Of a stretch of DNA of 64,000 nt, positions 1-11,053 are shown in pieces. Below the pieces are notes generated by a model. That model was not told where the DNA came from and made no database searches. It was given only the letters and a program-made list of their open reading frames with translations. Both the position numbers and the translations under genes were made by a program. This DNA is from Escherichia coli. Its GTDB lineage: Bacteria; Pseudomonadota; Gammaproteobacteria; Enterobacterales; Enterobacteriaceae. Every line of letters begins with the position of its first letter. Position 1 is the stretch's first letter. Location: assembly GCF_044324875.1 (NCBI RefSeq), contig NZ_CP172185.1, one strand, 5' to 3'.

Positions 1-370
1 CAGATTTACCCATTTCCTGCTGTTCGTAAGTCGAACGCGGAAGTTCTAAGCCAAATTGCTCACGGAATGTACGCTGTACGAAACCAGAACAATCGATACC
101 TTTTTTAGTGCTGCCGCCCAAACGATAGCGTACGCCTTTCCAGTCAGCATACTGATCCATAATTCGCGATTTTACGTCGACATTACGAACCAGGTTTTCA
201 AATTCATCCTGAGAAGCTTGCAGTGATGATGTTTCACTACCCACTGCACGTGTCTCAGGATGCATATTCTTTGCGGTGTTATTTGCACTACATGCAGAAA
301 GCAGAACCGCTACTGCAATCGCGGGAATCCCGCGCAAGATATATCTCAAAATCGGTTGAGATTTGACCAT
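1..370 (-). CDS. mepS: Peptidoglycan endopeptidase lipoprotein MepS/Spr, 5' part only (3' end lies beyond window start)
   Basis: Minus-strand ATG at 368-370; translation [27 protein letters not shown]... with lipobox, continues to NlpC/P60-type sequence; runs off the window edge. Confidence 0.88.
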
Positions 371-781
371 GTTGTTTGTTTTCCCTTGAAGTCCTTAACG
401 ACAAATATCGTTATAAAAAAATGCCAAGCGACACGAGACTAATTACCTGGGCATGTTGAAACAATTCCTTAAGGCCAAATCTGTGGACTAACGCACAAAA
501 TTATATGCTGTGAGGATAATCTACCGCCGAGGCAAAACGAGTTCGAGATTACCCGATTGGTGCGGTCTTGGCGAGCGGTTTTACATGATTTTTTATAAGA
601 AAAAGTGATACAGAAAGTTAATAAACGGGATTGGTCAATTAAAGTACGATTGAGTGAAACGCATGCAATCCATTCATTTACTTAGAGAATGATTTTTGCG
701 CGCGATGGATGAAAGCACGGTGCGCATCATCAGGATTATCCTCACTATAAAAATAACCCTGATGATGTTAATTACTGTGAG

Positions 782-1495
782 TTATTTGTTTTGGAAATGT
801 TTGTTTTTTCCCGGTAGTGATTTGTCAAAAAAGGTGATTAATCGATCACTTAATGGCGTCAGCAACACCCAGGGCAAACCGATCAATATCACGGTCATCG
901 AACCGACAATGATGTCAGTAAACCAGTGTGCGCCAATCATTACTCTGGGAAACGCAAAAACCACAAAAATAATAAGGGCGATAAGGCCTGCAACTTTGCC
1001 GAAATAACGCCACATGAATGCCGAAAAAATAAGCAGCATCATACCGTGATCGCCGGGAAAGCTATCTCGTGAGGCATCTTTAGTGGGAACAGAGAGCAGT
1101 TCGCTGACGCGGTTAATATCGGTAAAAGTCAATGTTGGGCTGGCCCGTTTTACAGGAATTAATGCCTGACCCAGCTGGTTTAATACCACTGCAGTTAATA
1201 GCATGACCAGACCAATAATCACGATACGTCGTCTGCCTGGGGCGTTTTCTTTCAGCCAGAAACTCAGCATCAACATTCCCATCGCCAGCAGTGAAAAACC
1301 GTCGAAAGCGCGATTGTTGGTCAATGCAACCAGCCACAAAAAGGCCTTACTTTCGACCAGTTTCTGATTAAAGAAATAAAAAATATCCGCATCAATCGGC
1401 AACCAGAATCCATGATTAACGGGTATATACCAGGAAAGAAACAGCGCGAGGCCGACAATATTCAACAACACTATTTGCGGCAAATTTTTAATCAT
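782..1495 (-). CDS. lpxT: Lipid A 1-diphosphate synthase / undecaprenyl-PP phosphotransferase (PAP2 family)
   Basis: Track ORF 782-1531; start set at internal ATG (1493-1495) giving 237 aa MIKNLPQIVLL..., multi-TM PAP2-like. Confidence 0.85.
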   Translation of the reverse strand: MIKNLPQIVLLNIVGLALFLSWYIPVNHGFWLPIDADIFYFFNQKLVESKAFLWLVALTNNRAFDGFSLLAMGMLMLSFWLKENAPGRRRIVIIGLVMLLTAVVLNQLGQALIPVKRASPTLTFTDINRVSELLSVPTKDASRDSFPGDHGMMLLIFSAFMWRYFGKVAGLIALIIFVVFAFPRVMIGAHWFTDIIVGSMTVILIGLPWVLLTPLSDRLITFFDKSLPGKNKHFQNK

Positions 1496-1533
1496 ATTTT
1501 CTCTAATTATCTTACTGAAAAACGCAGGCAACC

Positions 1534-2520
1534 TTACGCGGTAGTCGCTAAACGAAGCTTCAACAGCGCGCTCTGCAAGGCATTCCAGTCAGCTTCGCTG
1601 CTGGAAATCAGCTCAATACGACTGTCCGGTGGCGCAACGTTTTGCGTTTCAATGTGCAGGTCATCGCCCTGACGGTTGATTCGCACCAGCCCTTCGGGAA
1701 TACGCATCACGCCTTTGACGCGTTCCACCGGTGCAAGTCGCGCCCATTCCAGAATGCCAATGGTGTCGAATACCGTATCAGCGTCGAATATCCAGCCACA
1801 GGCCTGATGCCCTTGTCCGCTGTTCAGACTGCGACGCCAGCGTTGATGCTCTGGCAGGCTTAACGCTGCTAACCCTTTTTTCACGACATGCTGATGAGAA
1901 TGCGCGGCGCTGGCGGGCAACTCGGCTAAATTGCGACGCGGCAAATCCAGAAGATGACCGTCAACTTTCCCATGCTCACTGTGAATTAATTGCCGATCGC
2001 CACCATTTTGCTGCCACCAGCGCTGTAGCGCTTGCTCACTTTCGGGCGTCGCACGGTCGGATTTATTGGCGACAATAATGTCTGCGGCAGCCAGCTGGTC
2101 ACGGAAGTTTTCATTGCTGGCGCTTTTTTCGTCCAGCAGCAGGCGTGGATCGAGAATGCACAACGTGGCGCGTAGATCTATCCACGGTTCATAGACTGGT
2201 GCGGTTAAGAGATCTAGGATCTGTTTCGGATGCCCCAGTCCGGTCGGCTCTATCAACAAGCGGTCTGGTTTTCCCTGACGCAGTAAGGTATTCAATCCTA
2301 CCTGCATGGGTAAACCATTAACGCAGCACATGCAGCCGCCGGGGATCTCTTTCAACAATGCGCCGCTATCGGCGAGCAAAGCACCATCAATTCCGACTTC
2401 CCCAAATTCATTAACCAGTACCGCCCATTTTTCGTTGGGATCTTTATGGGCTAACAGATGAAGAATCGACGTGGTTTTCCCGCTGCCGAGAAAACCGGTG
2501 ATGAGGTTGGTCCTGGTCAC
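1534..2520 (-). CDS. yeiR: COG0523-family zinc-binding GTPase
   Basis: 328 aa, GTG start, P-loop GFLGSGKTT near N-terminus, CxCC motif. Confidence 0.88.
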   Translation of the reverse strand: MTRTNLITGFLGSGKTTSILHLLAHKDPNEKWAVLVNEFGEVGIDGALLADSGALLKEIPGGCMCCVNGLPMQVGLNTLLRQGKPDRLLIEPTGLGHPKQILDLLTAPVYEPWIDLRATLCILDPRLLLDEKSASNENFRDQLAAADIIVANKSDRATPESEQALQRWWQQNGGDRQLIHSEHGKVDGHLLDLPRRNLAELPASAAHSHQHVVKKGLAALSLPEHQRWRRSLNSGQGHQACGWIFDADTVFDTIGILEWARLAPVERVKGVMRIPEGLVRINRQGDDLHIETQNVAPPDSRIELISSSEADWNALQSALLKLRLATTA

Positions 2521-2637
2521 AACGGCTCCGCAATACTCTTAAAAGTTAACTGAGCGTTAATCCTGGCTAAAAACGGCAGAAAAGAGAAGGGGAGAGCGGA
2601 CGAAGGCGAGCTTCATCCGCTTTAACCGCAGAAATCG

Positions 2638-4104
2638 TTAAATTTTGAGGGTGTTTAATAGCGCCTGATGCGCGCCGAATTGTGCGATTTGTTGCCAGGC
2701 TTGTTCGATGGTCTGCACAAAATGCGGGTTATCTGGCAGATCATCACCGAAAACTTCACGCAGGGAAAGCAGGGCGGTGACGCGTTGTTCACTGCTGCTG
2801 CCCGCAACAAGTTCGCGAATTTTATCGCTAAGCGGATCGCGAACATCAATGGCATTTCCGGCATCATCAACGCCGCTGACGTAACGCATCCAGCCTGCAA
2901 CGCCTAATGCCAGCATCGACCAGTCCGTTTCGCGCCCCAGATGTATGCGAATACCTGCCAGCATGCGTTGCGGTAATTTCTGGCTACCATCCATTGCGAT
3001 TTGCCAGGTCTTATGTTTCAGCGCCGGATTAGCAAAACGTGCAATTAACTTATCCGCATATTGTGTTAAATCGACATCTTTAATTCGCAGTGTTGGCGCT
3101 TGCTCATCCAGCATTAATGTTCTGGCGGCATGGCGAAATGCGCGATCCTGCATGCAATCACTGATATGGGCGAATCCTGAGAGGTAACCCAGATAAGCGA
3201 GAAAAGAGTGGCTGCCATTAAGCATACGCAGTTTCATCTCTTCCCATGGCAGGACATCATTCACCATTTGTACACCTGCGACTTCCCAGGCAGGACGCCC
3301 AGCGACGAAGTTATCTTCCACCACCCACTGGATAAACGGTTCGCAGCTAATCGCGCAGGGATCATTCACCCCCAGATGCTGGCTGATTTCCGCTAGTGAT
3401 TCGTCGGTTGCAGCCGGAACAATGCGGTCGACCATAGTTCCCGGAAAACTGACGTGTTCTTTTATCCACCCGGCGAGTTCTGGCGAACGTTTTTCTGCCA
3501 TTCCCAGCACCGCGTTTTTCACCACATGGCCATTGTCGGGAATATTGTCGCAGGAGAGCACGGTAAACGGTGTAAGGCCGCGCTCACGGCGGCGTTTCAG
3601 TGCTTCGACGAGAATTCCCGGTGCGGAGTGAGGTTCTTCAGGATTTTGAAGATCGTGAATAATCCGCGGATTGCTGGTGTCGAGTGCACCGGTGGCTGGG
3701 TCAATACAATAGCCTTTTTCGGTAATCGTCAGGGAAACAATTGCCACCTGTGGCTCGCAAAATTTCTCAATAATTGCCGCTAAGGAATCCAGTTTTGCAT
3801 TCAGGCATTCGTGAACGGCACCGACAATTATCGCCTGATTGCCGTCCGCACCTTTCTCCAGCACGGTATATAAATGGTTCTGTGCGCGGAGCTGGCTCAT
3901 CAGTTGATCGCCGCTGAACAAGCTGATCTCACAGATTCCCCAGTCGCCGCCCTGGGCATTCAGCACACGATCGGTCAGTAACGCCTGATGTGCGCGGTGA
4001 AAGGCTCCGAAGCCAAAATGAACGATACGTGATTGCAACTGCTGGCGATCGTAGCGTGGAGCGTGTACATGATGCGGGAGCGTAGCGGAGGCGATTGTAT
4101 TCAT
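2638..4104 (-). CDS. yeiQ: Mannitol dehydrogenase-family oxidoreductase
   Basis: Track ORF 491 aa; start moved to MNTIASA (488 aa); long-chain mannitol DH-like sequence. Confidence 0.8.
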   Translation of the reverse strand: MNTIASATLPHHVHAPRYDRQQLQSRIVHFGFGAFHRAHQALLTDRVLNAQGGDWGICEISLFSGDQLMSQLRAQNHLYTVLEKGADGNQAIIVGAVHECLNAKLDSLAAIIEKFCEPQVAIVSLTITEKGYCIDPATGALDTSNPRIIHDLQNPEEPHSAPGILVEALKRRRERGLTPFTVLSCDNIPDNGHVVKNAVLGMAEKRSPELAGWIKEHVSFPGTMVDRIVPAATDESLAEISQHLGVNDPCAISCEPFIQWVVEDNFVAGRPAWEVAGVQMVNDVLPWEEMKLRMLNGSHSFLAYLGYLSGFAHISDCMQDRAFRHAARTLMLDEQAPTLRIKDVDLTQYADKLIARFANPALKHKTWQIAMDGSQKLPQRMLAGIRIHLGRETDWSMLALGVAGWMRYVSGVDDAGNAIDVRDPLSDKIRELVAGSSSEQRVTALLSLREVFGDDLPDNPHFVQTIEQAWQQIAQFGAHQALLNTLKI

Positions 4105-4284
4105 AGGAGTCACGTCTTAGTAACGATTAATTAACAATGACAGTGTAAAGTTATATGACAGCAATTGAAATTGGTCTGGATTGTTAATGCGATGAAGTGT
4201 GAGGGCGATCAATCAACGAGTGAAAATTGAGGACGTAAGGTGTTCAGGAAGCGCAAAATAGAAGATTGGTATAATAAATTAAAA

Positions 4285-4307
4285 AAGGGACAGCCTGAGC
4301 TATCCCT
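4285..4307 (-). terminator. Hairpin with flanking A/T runs just downstream of yeiP
   Basis: Imperfect stem agggatagc/gctgtccct (minus strand) followed by T-run. Confidence 0.45.
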
Positions 4308-4326
4308 TTTCTGCATGCGGCTGAAA

Positions 4327-4899
4327 TTAGTCAGCACGACCCATATAACGGCGTTCTTCGATATGGATACGAATTTTTTCGCCCGGGCTTAAGTATTCTG
4401 GTACCTGAATCACCAGACCAGTGCTCAATGTCGCCGGTTTGTTACGGGCGCTGGCAGATGCCCCTTTGATGCCTGGTGCGGTTTCAACGATTTCCAGATC
4501 AACGGTCTGCGGCAGCTCAAGCGCCAGCAGTTGACCGTCCCAGGTCAGCACCTGCATGTCCGGCATGCCGCCCTCTGGCATAAACAGCAACTCTTCTTCA
4601 ATCTGATCTTTGGTGAAGGTATACGGGGTATAGTCTTCTTTATCCATAAAGACATATTCGTTACCATCGACATAGGAGAAGTCAACGTAACGGCGGGTCA
4701 GCGTCACGGTGTCAACGATATCATCTCCTTTGAAACGCTCTTCTACTTTCAGCCCGGTACGGACATCAGAAAAACGCATTTTGTACAGCGTAGCGGCACC
4801 GCGGGCAGTGGGCGACTGAATATCAATGTCCTTAACCAGCAGCAGTTTGCCGTTGTAATTCAGTACCATACCTTTTTTAATTTCGTTCGCTCTTGGCAT
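4327..4899 (-). CDS. yeiP: Elongation factor P-like protein
   Basis: Track ORF 275 aa; start at internal M ([22 protein letters not shown]...) gives 190 aa EF-P paralog. Confidence 0.88.
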
Positions 4900-5053
4900 C
4901 GAAAAATTCCTGTAGTCGAAAATGTCAAAAATATCGCGACAAAGTACTCGCGACGGGCCTTTCGGGCAAGTGGTATTCGCACTTTTGCTGGTGCAAAAAA
5001 GGTGGTACTGTGCGCGCTCATCAATCCGGTGGTTAACCTTAAGAGAACAACGT

Positions 5054-5308
5054 ATGGAATGCCGTCCGGGTTGCGGGGCGTGTTGCACTGCCCCTTCAAT
5101 TTCCAGCCCTATTCCCGGTATGCCAGATGGCAAGCCCGCCAATACGCCCTGCATTCAGCTTGATGAACAGCAACGCTGTAAAATTTTCACCTCGCCACTG
5201 CGACCGAAAGTTTGTGCGGGCTTACAAGCCAGCGCTGAAATGTGCGGTAACTCGCGTCAGCAGGCAATGACCTGGCTTATCGATCTGGAAATGCTGACCG
5301 CGCCTTAA
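5054..5308 (+). CDS. yeiW: Small cysteine-cluster protein (UPF0153 family)
   Basis: 84 aa [33 protein letters not shown]...; stop overlaps 3' end of setB convergently. Confidence 0.75.
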
Positions 5309-6486
5309 ACATCTTTAATCCGCAGTAAGCAAAACAGAGTGGCGATAATCATCACCATCGCAAACCAGAACACAGCGTGATAATTCCAGATCTCGGCGAC
5401 GATGCCCGCCACTGATCCTGCGATGATCCAGCCCACGCGCGACGTGTTGGTATAGAGCGTGGTGGCTGAACCTGCCTGACCGGGCATCAAATCCTGAAAA
5501 TAGAGCATCCCGATGCCACCCAGAATGCCAATAAAAATAGCATTTAGCAGCTGCAAGCCCAACAGAATGGCAGGTGAATGCGCCATCAGCATTCCTGCGT
5601 AAAAACAGACGCCACCCACGGCAGCAACGCGCATTAAGAAGCGCTTACCCAGACGTTTGGCGAAATATCCGGCAATCAACATGGTCGGGATTTCCAGCCC
5701 GGCGGCGGTCCCCATCATCACACCGGCCAGTTTCTCGGGAAGATGCAGTTCGTTGATAATAAATAGCGGCATGTTGATGATGTACAGGCTGTTCGAGCCC
5801 CACATCAATGTACAAATGACAAACAGCAGCAGCGTATCGCGACGGTTACGGCGCGGCGCTTCAACCGTGCCGGTCGCCAGCGGAAGTTCTTTTTGCATTG
5901 ACGGTAAAAACAGCCACACCATCACGCCGCAAACAATAAACGCTACCGCTGCGCTCAGATACATTACCGTAAAGCTGAAACCCATCGCTAAGGCATAAGC
6001 CAGCGGCGGGCCAATGACCCATGCCAGTGAAACCTGAGCACGTAAAAAAGAGCTGAACATCACCGCTTCACGTCCGGTTTTGTCAGCATGTTCACGGGCA
6101 AGGGCAAACATTTGCGGGTTAGCGGTCGAGCCAAAGCTGCTAAGAAAGACGCCAACGAATAGCAAAACAAAGTAGTTGCGATTCCAGGCAAAAAGGGTGC
6201 AGGCCAGCACGCCTAACAGGCAGCAAAAGACAATCAGCGATTTGCGATCGCCGCGCTTATCAGAGCGCCCGGCGAGAAACTGACTGACCAGAATCCCAAT
6301 GACAGCGCTGCCGGTAAAGAAGAATCCCACCATCGCTGGACGGGCATGTACTTCATCGGTAAGAAAAATGCTGAGTGTCGGGGTTTGCAGAGCGCCCGCA
6401 ATACCGGTGAGAAAGGCAACGATTAAAAACGCCGTCGAGGTCAGATCAAACGATTTCGCGCTGGAGACTGCGGGGGAGTTATGCAT
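5305..6486 (-). CDS. setB: MFS sugar efflux transporter
   Basis: 393 aa, 12-TM MFS-like, [28 protein letters not shown]... Confidence 0.88.
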
Positions 6487-6752
6487 GCTGGTCGATCACT
6501 GGAAGAGGAAGACGCGGAGTTTACGCTGCTTGTCAGAAAATAAACAGACAGCGAAATCAAAAGCGCCACGAATAATCAAAATGCCATTTCACTGTTGCTG
6601 ATTGGCTGCTGACGCTGCTGAAATGAAATTGCTGATAACGGATTTTCCCATCAGCAATTAGGAAAAATGACAAAAAATTGTGCAGCACATCAAACTTTTG
6701 CTCATAACTTTACGGCTTTCCTTGCGTGCTGAAATAGAAGTATTATGCTTTC

Positions 6753-6767
6753 TTGAAACGTTTCAGC
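6753..6767. promoter_or_regulatory. Cra (FruR) operator O1 of fruBKA promoter
   Basis: Palindrome TTGAAACGTTTCAGC upstream of fruB. Confidence 0.7.
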
Positions 6768-6818
6768 GCGATCTTGTCTTTAACCCTAAGCCAGGTTGGC
6801 GCTTTTTTTCTCATAGAA

Positions 6819-6839
6819 GCTGAATCGTTTCAATTCAGC
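6819..6839. promoter_or_regulatory. Cra (FruR) operator O2 of fruBKA leader
   Basis: GCTGAATCGTTTCAATTCAGC palindrome 15 bp before fruB ATG. Confidence 0.7.
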
Positions 6840-6853
6840 AAGAGAGGAGAACT

Positions 6854-7984
6854 ATGTTCCAGTTATCCGTACAGGACATCCATCCGGGCGAAAAGGCCGG
6901 AGACAAAGAAGAGGCGATTCGCCAGGTCGCTGCGGCGCTGGTGCAGGCCGGTAATGTAGCTGAAGGCTACGTCAATGGCATGCTGGCGCGCGAACAGCAA
7001 ACCTCTACGTTCCTCGGCAATGGTATTGCTATTCCACACGGCACTACCGACACCCGCGATCAGGTGCTGAAAACCGGCGTTCAGGTATTTCAGTTCCCGG
7101 AAGGCGTCACCTGGGGTGACGGCCAGGTAGCGTACGTGGCGATCGGTATTGCTGCCAGCTCGGATGAACATTTGGGCCTGCTACGCCAGCTGACCCACGT
7201 ACTGAGCGATGATTCCGTTGCTGAACAACTGAAGTCAGCAACAACAGCAGAAGAACTTCGCGCATTGCTGATGGGCGAAAAGCAGAGTGAGCAGCTGAAG
7301 CTCGACAACGAAATGCTGACGCTGGATATCGTCGCCAGCGATCTGCTGACTCTTCAGGCGCTGAACGCTGCACGTCTGAAAGAAGCGGGGGCAGTTGACG
7401 CCACTTTCGTCACCAAAGCCATCAATGAACAACCGCTGAACCTCGGACAGGGCATCTGGCTGAGCGATAGCGCCGAAGGCAATCTGCGTAGCGCGATTGC
7501 GGTAAGCCGTGCGGCAAATGCTTTTGATGTGGACGGCGAAACGGCAGCCATGCTGGTGAGTGTGGCGATGAATGACGATCAGCCCATTGCGGTTCTTAAG
7601 CGTCTCGCTGATTTGTTACTCGACAATAAAGCTGACCGCTTGCTGAAAGCGGATGCGGCAACGTTGCTGGCGCTGCTGACCAGCGATGATGCGCTGACCG
7701 ACGACGTGTTAAGCGCGGAGTTTGTGGTGCGCAATGAACACGGCCTGCATGCTCGTCCAGGTACCATGCTGGTCAATACCATTAAACAATTTAACAGTGA
7801 TATTACCGTGACAAACCTTGATGGCACCGGCAAACCGGCAAACGGACGTAGTCTGATGAAAGTTGTGGCACTTGGCGTTAAGAAAGGTCATCGCCTACGC
7901 TTTACCGCCCAGGGTGCAGATGCTGAACAGGCGCTGAAAGCCATTGGCGACGCTATCGCTGCTGGTCTTGGGGAGGGCGCATAA
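6854..7984 (+). CDS. fruB: PTS fructose-specific IIA/FPr multiphosphoryl transfer protein
   Basis: 376 aa, [24 protein letters not shown]..., C-terminal HPr-like domain. Confidence 0.93.
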   Translation: MFQLSVQDIHPGEKAGDKEEAIRQVAAALVQAGNVAEGYVNGMLAREQQTSTFLGNGIAIPHGTTDTRDQVLKTGVQVFQFPEGVTWGDGQVAYVAIGIAASSDEHLGLLRQLTHVLSDDSVAEQLKSATTAEELRALLMGEKQSEQLKLDNEMLTLDIVASDLLTLQALNAARLKEAGAVDATFVTKAINEQPLNLGQGIWLSDSAEGNLRSAIAVSRAANAFDVDGETAAMLVSVAMNDDQPIAVLKRLADLLLDNKADRLLKADAATLLALLTSDDALTDDVLSAEFVVRNEHGLHARPGTMLVNTIKQFNSDITVTNLDGTGKPANGRSLMKVVALGVKKGHRLRFTAQGADAEQALKAIGDAIAAGLGEGA

Positions 7985-8922
7985 TGAGCAGACGTGTTGC
8001 TACTATCACCCTTAATCCGGCTTATGACCTTGTTGGTTTCTGCCCGGAAATTGAACGCGGCGAAGTGAACCTGGTGAAAACCACCGGTCTGCATGCGGCG
8101 GGTAAAGGCATCAACGTGGCCAAAGTATTAAAAGACCTGGGAATTGATGTCACCGTTGGCGGCTTCCTCGGTAAAGACAATCAGGATGGTTTTCAGCAAC
8201 TGTTCAGCGAGCTGGGCATTGCCAACCGTTTCCAGGTTGTACAGGGGCGCACCCGAATTAACGTTAAGCTGACGGAAAAAGACGGCGAAGTGACCGACTT
8301 CAACTTCTCGGGTTTTGAAGTCACTCCCGCCGACTGGGAACGCTTTGTGACTGATTCTCTGAGCTGGCTCGGTCAGTTCGATATGGTCTGTGTCAGCGGA
8401 AGCTTACCGTCAGGCGTCAGCCCGGAAGCGTTCACCGACTGGATGACTCGCCTGCGTAGTCAGTGTCCTTGCATTATCTTTGATAGTAGCCGTGAAGCGT
8501 TAGTAGCAGGTTTGAAAGCGGCACCGTGGCTGGTGAAACCTAACCGCCGCGAGCTGGAAATCTGGGCAGGCCGTAAACTGCCTGAAATGAAAGATGTGAT
8601 TGAAGCTGCGCATGCGCTGCGTGAACAAGGTATCGCGCATGTCGTTATTTCACTGGGTGCCGAAGGCGCGCTTTGGGTTAATGCCTCCGGCGAATGGATC
8701 GCCAAACCACCGTCAGTCGATGTCGTAAGCACCGTTGGCGCAGGGGATTCTATGGTTGGTGGCCTGATTTATGGCTTGCTGATGCGTGAATCCAGTGAAC
8801 ACACACTGCGTCTGGCGACAGCTGTTGCAGCCCTGGCGGTAAGTCAAAGCAATGTGGGTATTACCGATCGTCCGCAGTTGGCCGCAATGATGGCGCGCGT
8901 CGACTTACAACCTTTTAACTGA
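7984..8922 (+). CDS. fruK: 1-phosphofructokinase
   Basis: 312 aa pfkB-family kinase; start overlaps fruB stop (ATAATG). Confidence 0.93.
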   Translation: MSRRVATITLNPAYDLVGFCPEIERGEVNLVKTTGLHAAGKGINVAKVLKDLGIDVTVGGFLGKDNQDGFQQLFSELGIANRFQVVQGRTRINVKLTEKDGEVTDFNFSGFEVTPADWERFVTDSLSWLGQFDMVCVSGSLPSGVSPEAFTDWMTRLRSQCPCIIFDSSREALVAGLKAAPWLVKPNRRELEIWAGRKLPEMKDVIEAAHALREQGIAHVVISLGAEGALWVNASGEWIAKPPSVDVVSTVGAGDSMVGGLIYGLLMRESSEHTLRLATAVAALAVSQSNVGITDRPQLAAMMARVDLQPFN

Positions 8923-8938
8923 CAGCAGGAGAGGCATA

Positions 8939-10630
8939 ATGAAAACGCTGCTGATTATTGACGCTAATCTCGGTCAGGCACGCGCCTATATGGCGAAGAC
9001 CCTGCTGGGCGCGGCGGCGCGAAAAGCAAAACTGGAAATCATCGACAATCCGAACGACGCTGAAATGGCGATTGTTCTCGGTGATTCCATCCCGAACGAC
9101 AGCGCGCTGAACGGTAAAAATGTCTGGCTGGGCGATATTTCCCGGGCAGTTGCGCACCCTGAGCTGTTCCTGAGTGAAGCCAAAGGCCATGCGAAACCTT
9201 ACACTGCGCCGGTCGCTGCGACAGCACCGGTTGCCGCCAGCGGTCCGAAACGCGTAGTTGCGGTGACTGCTTGCCCGACTGGCGTAGCACACACCTTTAT
9301 GGCGGCTGAAGCCATTGAAACCGAAGCGAAAAAACGTGGCTGGTGGGTGAAAGTTGAAACCCGTGGTTCTGTTGGCGCGGGTAATGCAATCACTCCCGAA
9401 GAAGTCGCAGCAGCGGATCTGGTGATTGTGGCGGCAGATATCGAAGTGGATCTGGCGAAATTTGCTGGTAAACCGATGTATCGCACCTCTACCGGTCTGG
9501 CGCTGAAGAAAACCGCGCAGGAACTGGATAAAGCGGTTGCTGAAGCAACGCCGTATGAACCGGCGGGCAAAACTCAAACAGCGACCACTGAAGGTAAGAA
9601 AGAGAGTGCAGGCGCTTATCGTCACTTGCTGACGGGCGTCTCTTACATGCTGCCGATGGTCGTTGCAGGTGGTCTGTGTATCGCGCTTTCTTTTGCTTTT
9701 GGTATCGAAGCGTTTAAAGAGCCGGGTACGTTGGCAGCGGCGCTGATGCAGATTGGTGGTGGTTCAGCCTTTGCGCTGATGGTGCCGGTACTGGCAGGTT
9801 ATATTGCCTTCTCCATTGCCGATCGTCCGGGCCTCACGCCGGGTCTGATTGGCGGTATGCTGGCGGTCAGCACTGGTTCTGGCTTCATTGGCGGTATTAT
9901 TGCGGGCTTCCTGGCTGGTTACATTGCGAAGTTAATCAGTACGCAATTGAAACTGCCACAGAGTATGGAGGCGCTGAAACCGATTCTGATCATTCCGCTA
10001 ATTTCCAGTCTGGTGGTCGGTCTGGCGATGATCTACCTGATCGGTAAACCGGTTGCTGGCATTCTCGAAGGGTTGACTCACTGGCTGCAGACCATGGGGA
10101 CTGCGAATGCGGTTCTGCTGGGGGCGATCCTCGGTGGCATGATGTGTGCTGACATGGGCGGTCCGGTAAACAAAGCAGCGTACGCATTCGGTGTGGGTCT
10201 GCTGAGTACTCAAACCTATGGCCCGATGGCGGCGATTATGGCGGCAGGTATGGTGCCACCGCTGGCAATGGGCCTGGCAACAATGGTGGCGCGTCGCAAA
10301 TTCGACAAAGCGCAGCAGGAAGGGGGCAAAGCCGCTCTGGTACTGGGACTGTGCTTTATTTCGGAAGGTGCAATTCCGTTTGCTGCTCGTGATCCGATGC
10401 GTGTGCTGCCGTGCTGTATCGTGGGTGGGGCGCTGACTGGCGCAATCTCAATGGCGATTGGTGCGAAACTGATGGCACCGCACGGTGGTCTGTTTGTTCT
10501 GCTGATCCCTGGCGCGATTACGCCGGTATTGGGTTACCTGGTAGCCATTATTGCCGGTACGCTGGTGGCGGGTCTGGCCTATGCCTTCCTGAAACGTCCG
10601 GAAGTGGACGCAGTAGCGAAAGCAGCGTAA
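8939..10630 (+). CDS. fruA: PTS fructose-specific IIB'BC component
   Basis: 563 aa, N-terminal IIB domains then multi-TM IIC. Confidence 0.93.
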   Translation: MKTLLIIDANLGQARAYMAKTLLGAAARKAKLEIIDNPNDAEMAIVLGDSIPNDSALNGKNVWLGDISRAVAHPELFLSEAKGHAKPYTAPVAATAPVAASGPKRVVAVTACPTGVAHTFMAAEAIETEAKKRGWWVKVETRGSVGAGNAITPEEVAAADLVIVAADIEVDLAKFAGKPMYRTSTGLALKKTAQELDKAVAEATPYEPAGKTQTATTEGKKESAGAYRHLLTGVSYMLPMVVAGGLCIALSFAFGIEAFKEPGTLAAALMQIGGGSAFALMVPVLAGYIAFSIADRPGLTPGLIGGMLAVSTGSGFIGGIIAGFLAGYIAKLISTQLKLPQSMEALKPILIIPLISSLVVGLAMIYLIGKPVAGILEGLTHWLQTMGTANAVLLGAILGGMMCADMGGPVNKAAYAFGVGLLSTQTYGPMAAIMAAGMVPPLAMGLATMVARRKFDKAQQEGGKAALVLGLCFISEGAIPFAARDPMRVLPCCIVGGALTGAISMAIGAKLMAPHGGLFVLLIPGAITPVLGYLVAIIAGTLVAGLAYAFLKRPEVDAVAKAA

Positions 10631-10640
10631 TAAAAGGTGT

Positions 10641-10671
10641 GTTACAGGGCAGAAATTTCCTGCCCTGTAAC
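10641..10671 (+). terminator. Perfect 12-bp-stem hairpin immediately after fruA stop
   Basis: gttacagggcag-aaatttc-ctgccctgtaac. Confidence 0.5.
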
Positions 10672-10787
10672 ATTTGATGCGCGCAAAGAGAATGACCGGT
10701 TTGTGAATGTAATTTTATGAATTTAAATGGTTTTATCTTTTAGTAGAAACCTGAAACCTTCATCAAACACTAAGGTTATTTCCTCAA

Positions 10788-10814
10788 GGGCAGATTAATT
10801 TCTGCCCTTTTTTA
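10788..10814 (+). terminator. Rho-independent terminator-like hairpin plus T-tract
   Basis: gggcagattaatttctgccc followed by ttttttatt. Confidence 0.6.
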
Positions 10815-11053
10815 TTGTTCCTGTTCTGTGCATCCCGTCACAAATTCCCCGTTTTTATAATTCAGGCATTTAATCGCGTTTTGTGAGCCTGCTCAAATCT
10901 GCCCATTTTGCCTCTCTGGCGGTAATTTACTTTACGTAAAACATGCATACTATGAGCACATGTTTAAATATGAACACATGTTTAAACCGTCTTTGCAGTA
11001 TCTATATTCTTGTGGATTGACAGGGTGGGTAATTTTTTACCAGAGGACGTGCT

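Noticed and set aside
4900-5154. N-terminal extension of yeiP (track ORF of 275 aa)
   Set aside because: EF-P-like domain begins at MPRANEIKK; extension is unrelated sequence overlapping yeiW on the opposite strand
4531-5163. 210-aa plus-strand ORF
   Set aside because: Antisense to yeiP; no independent support
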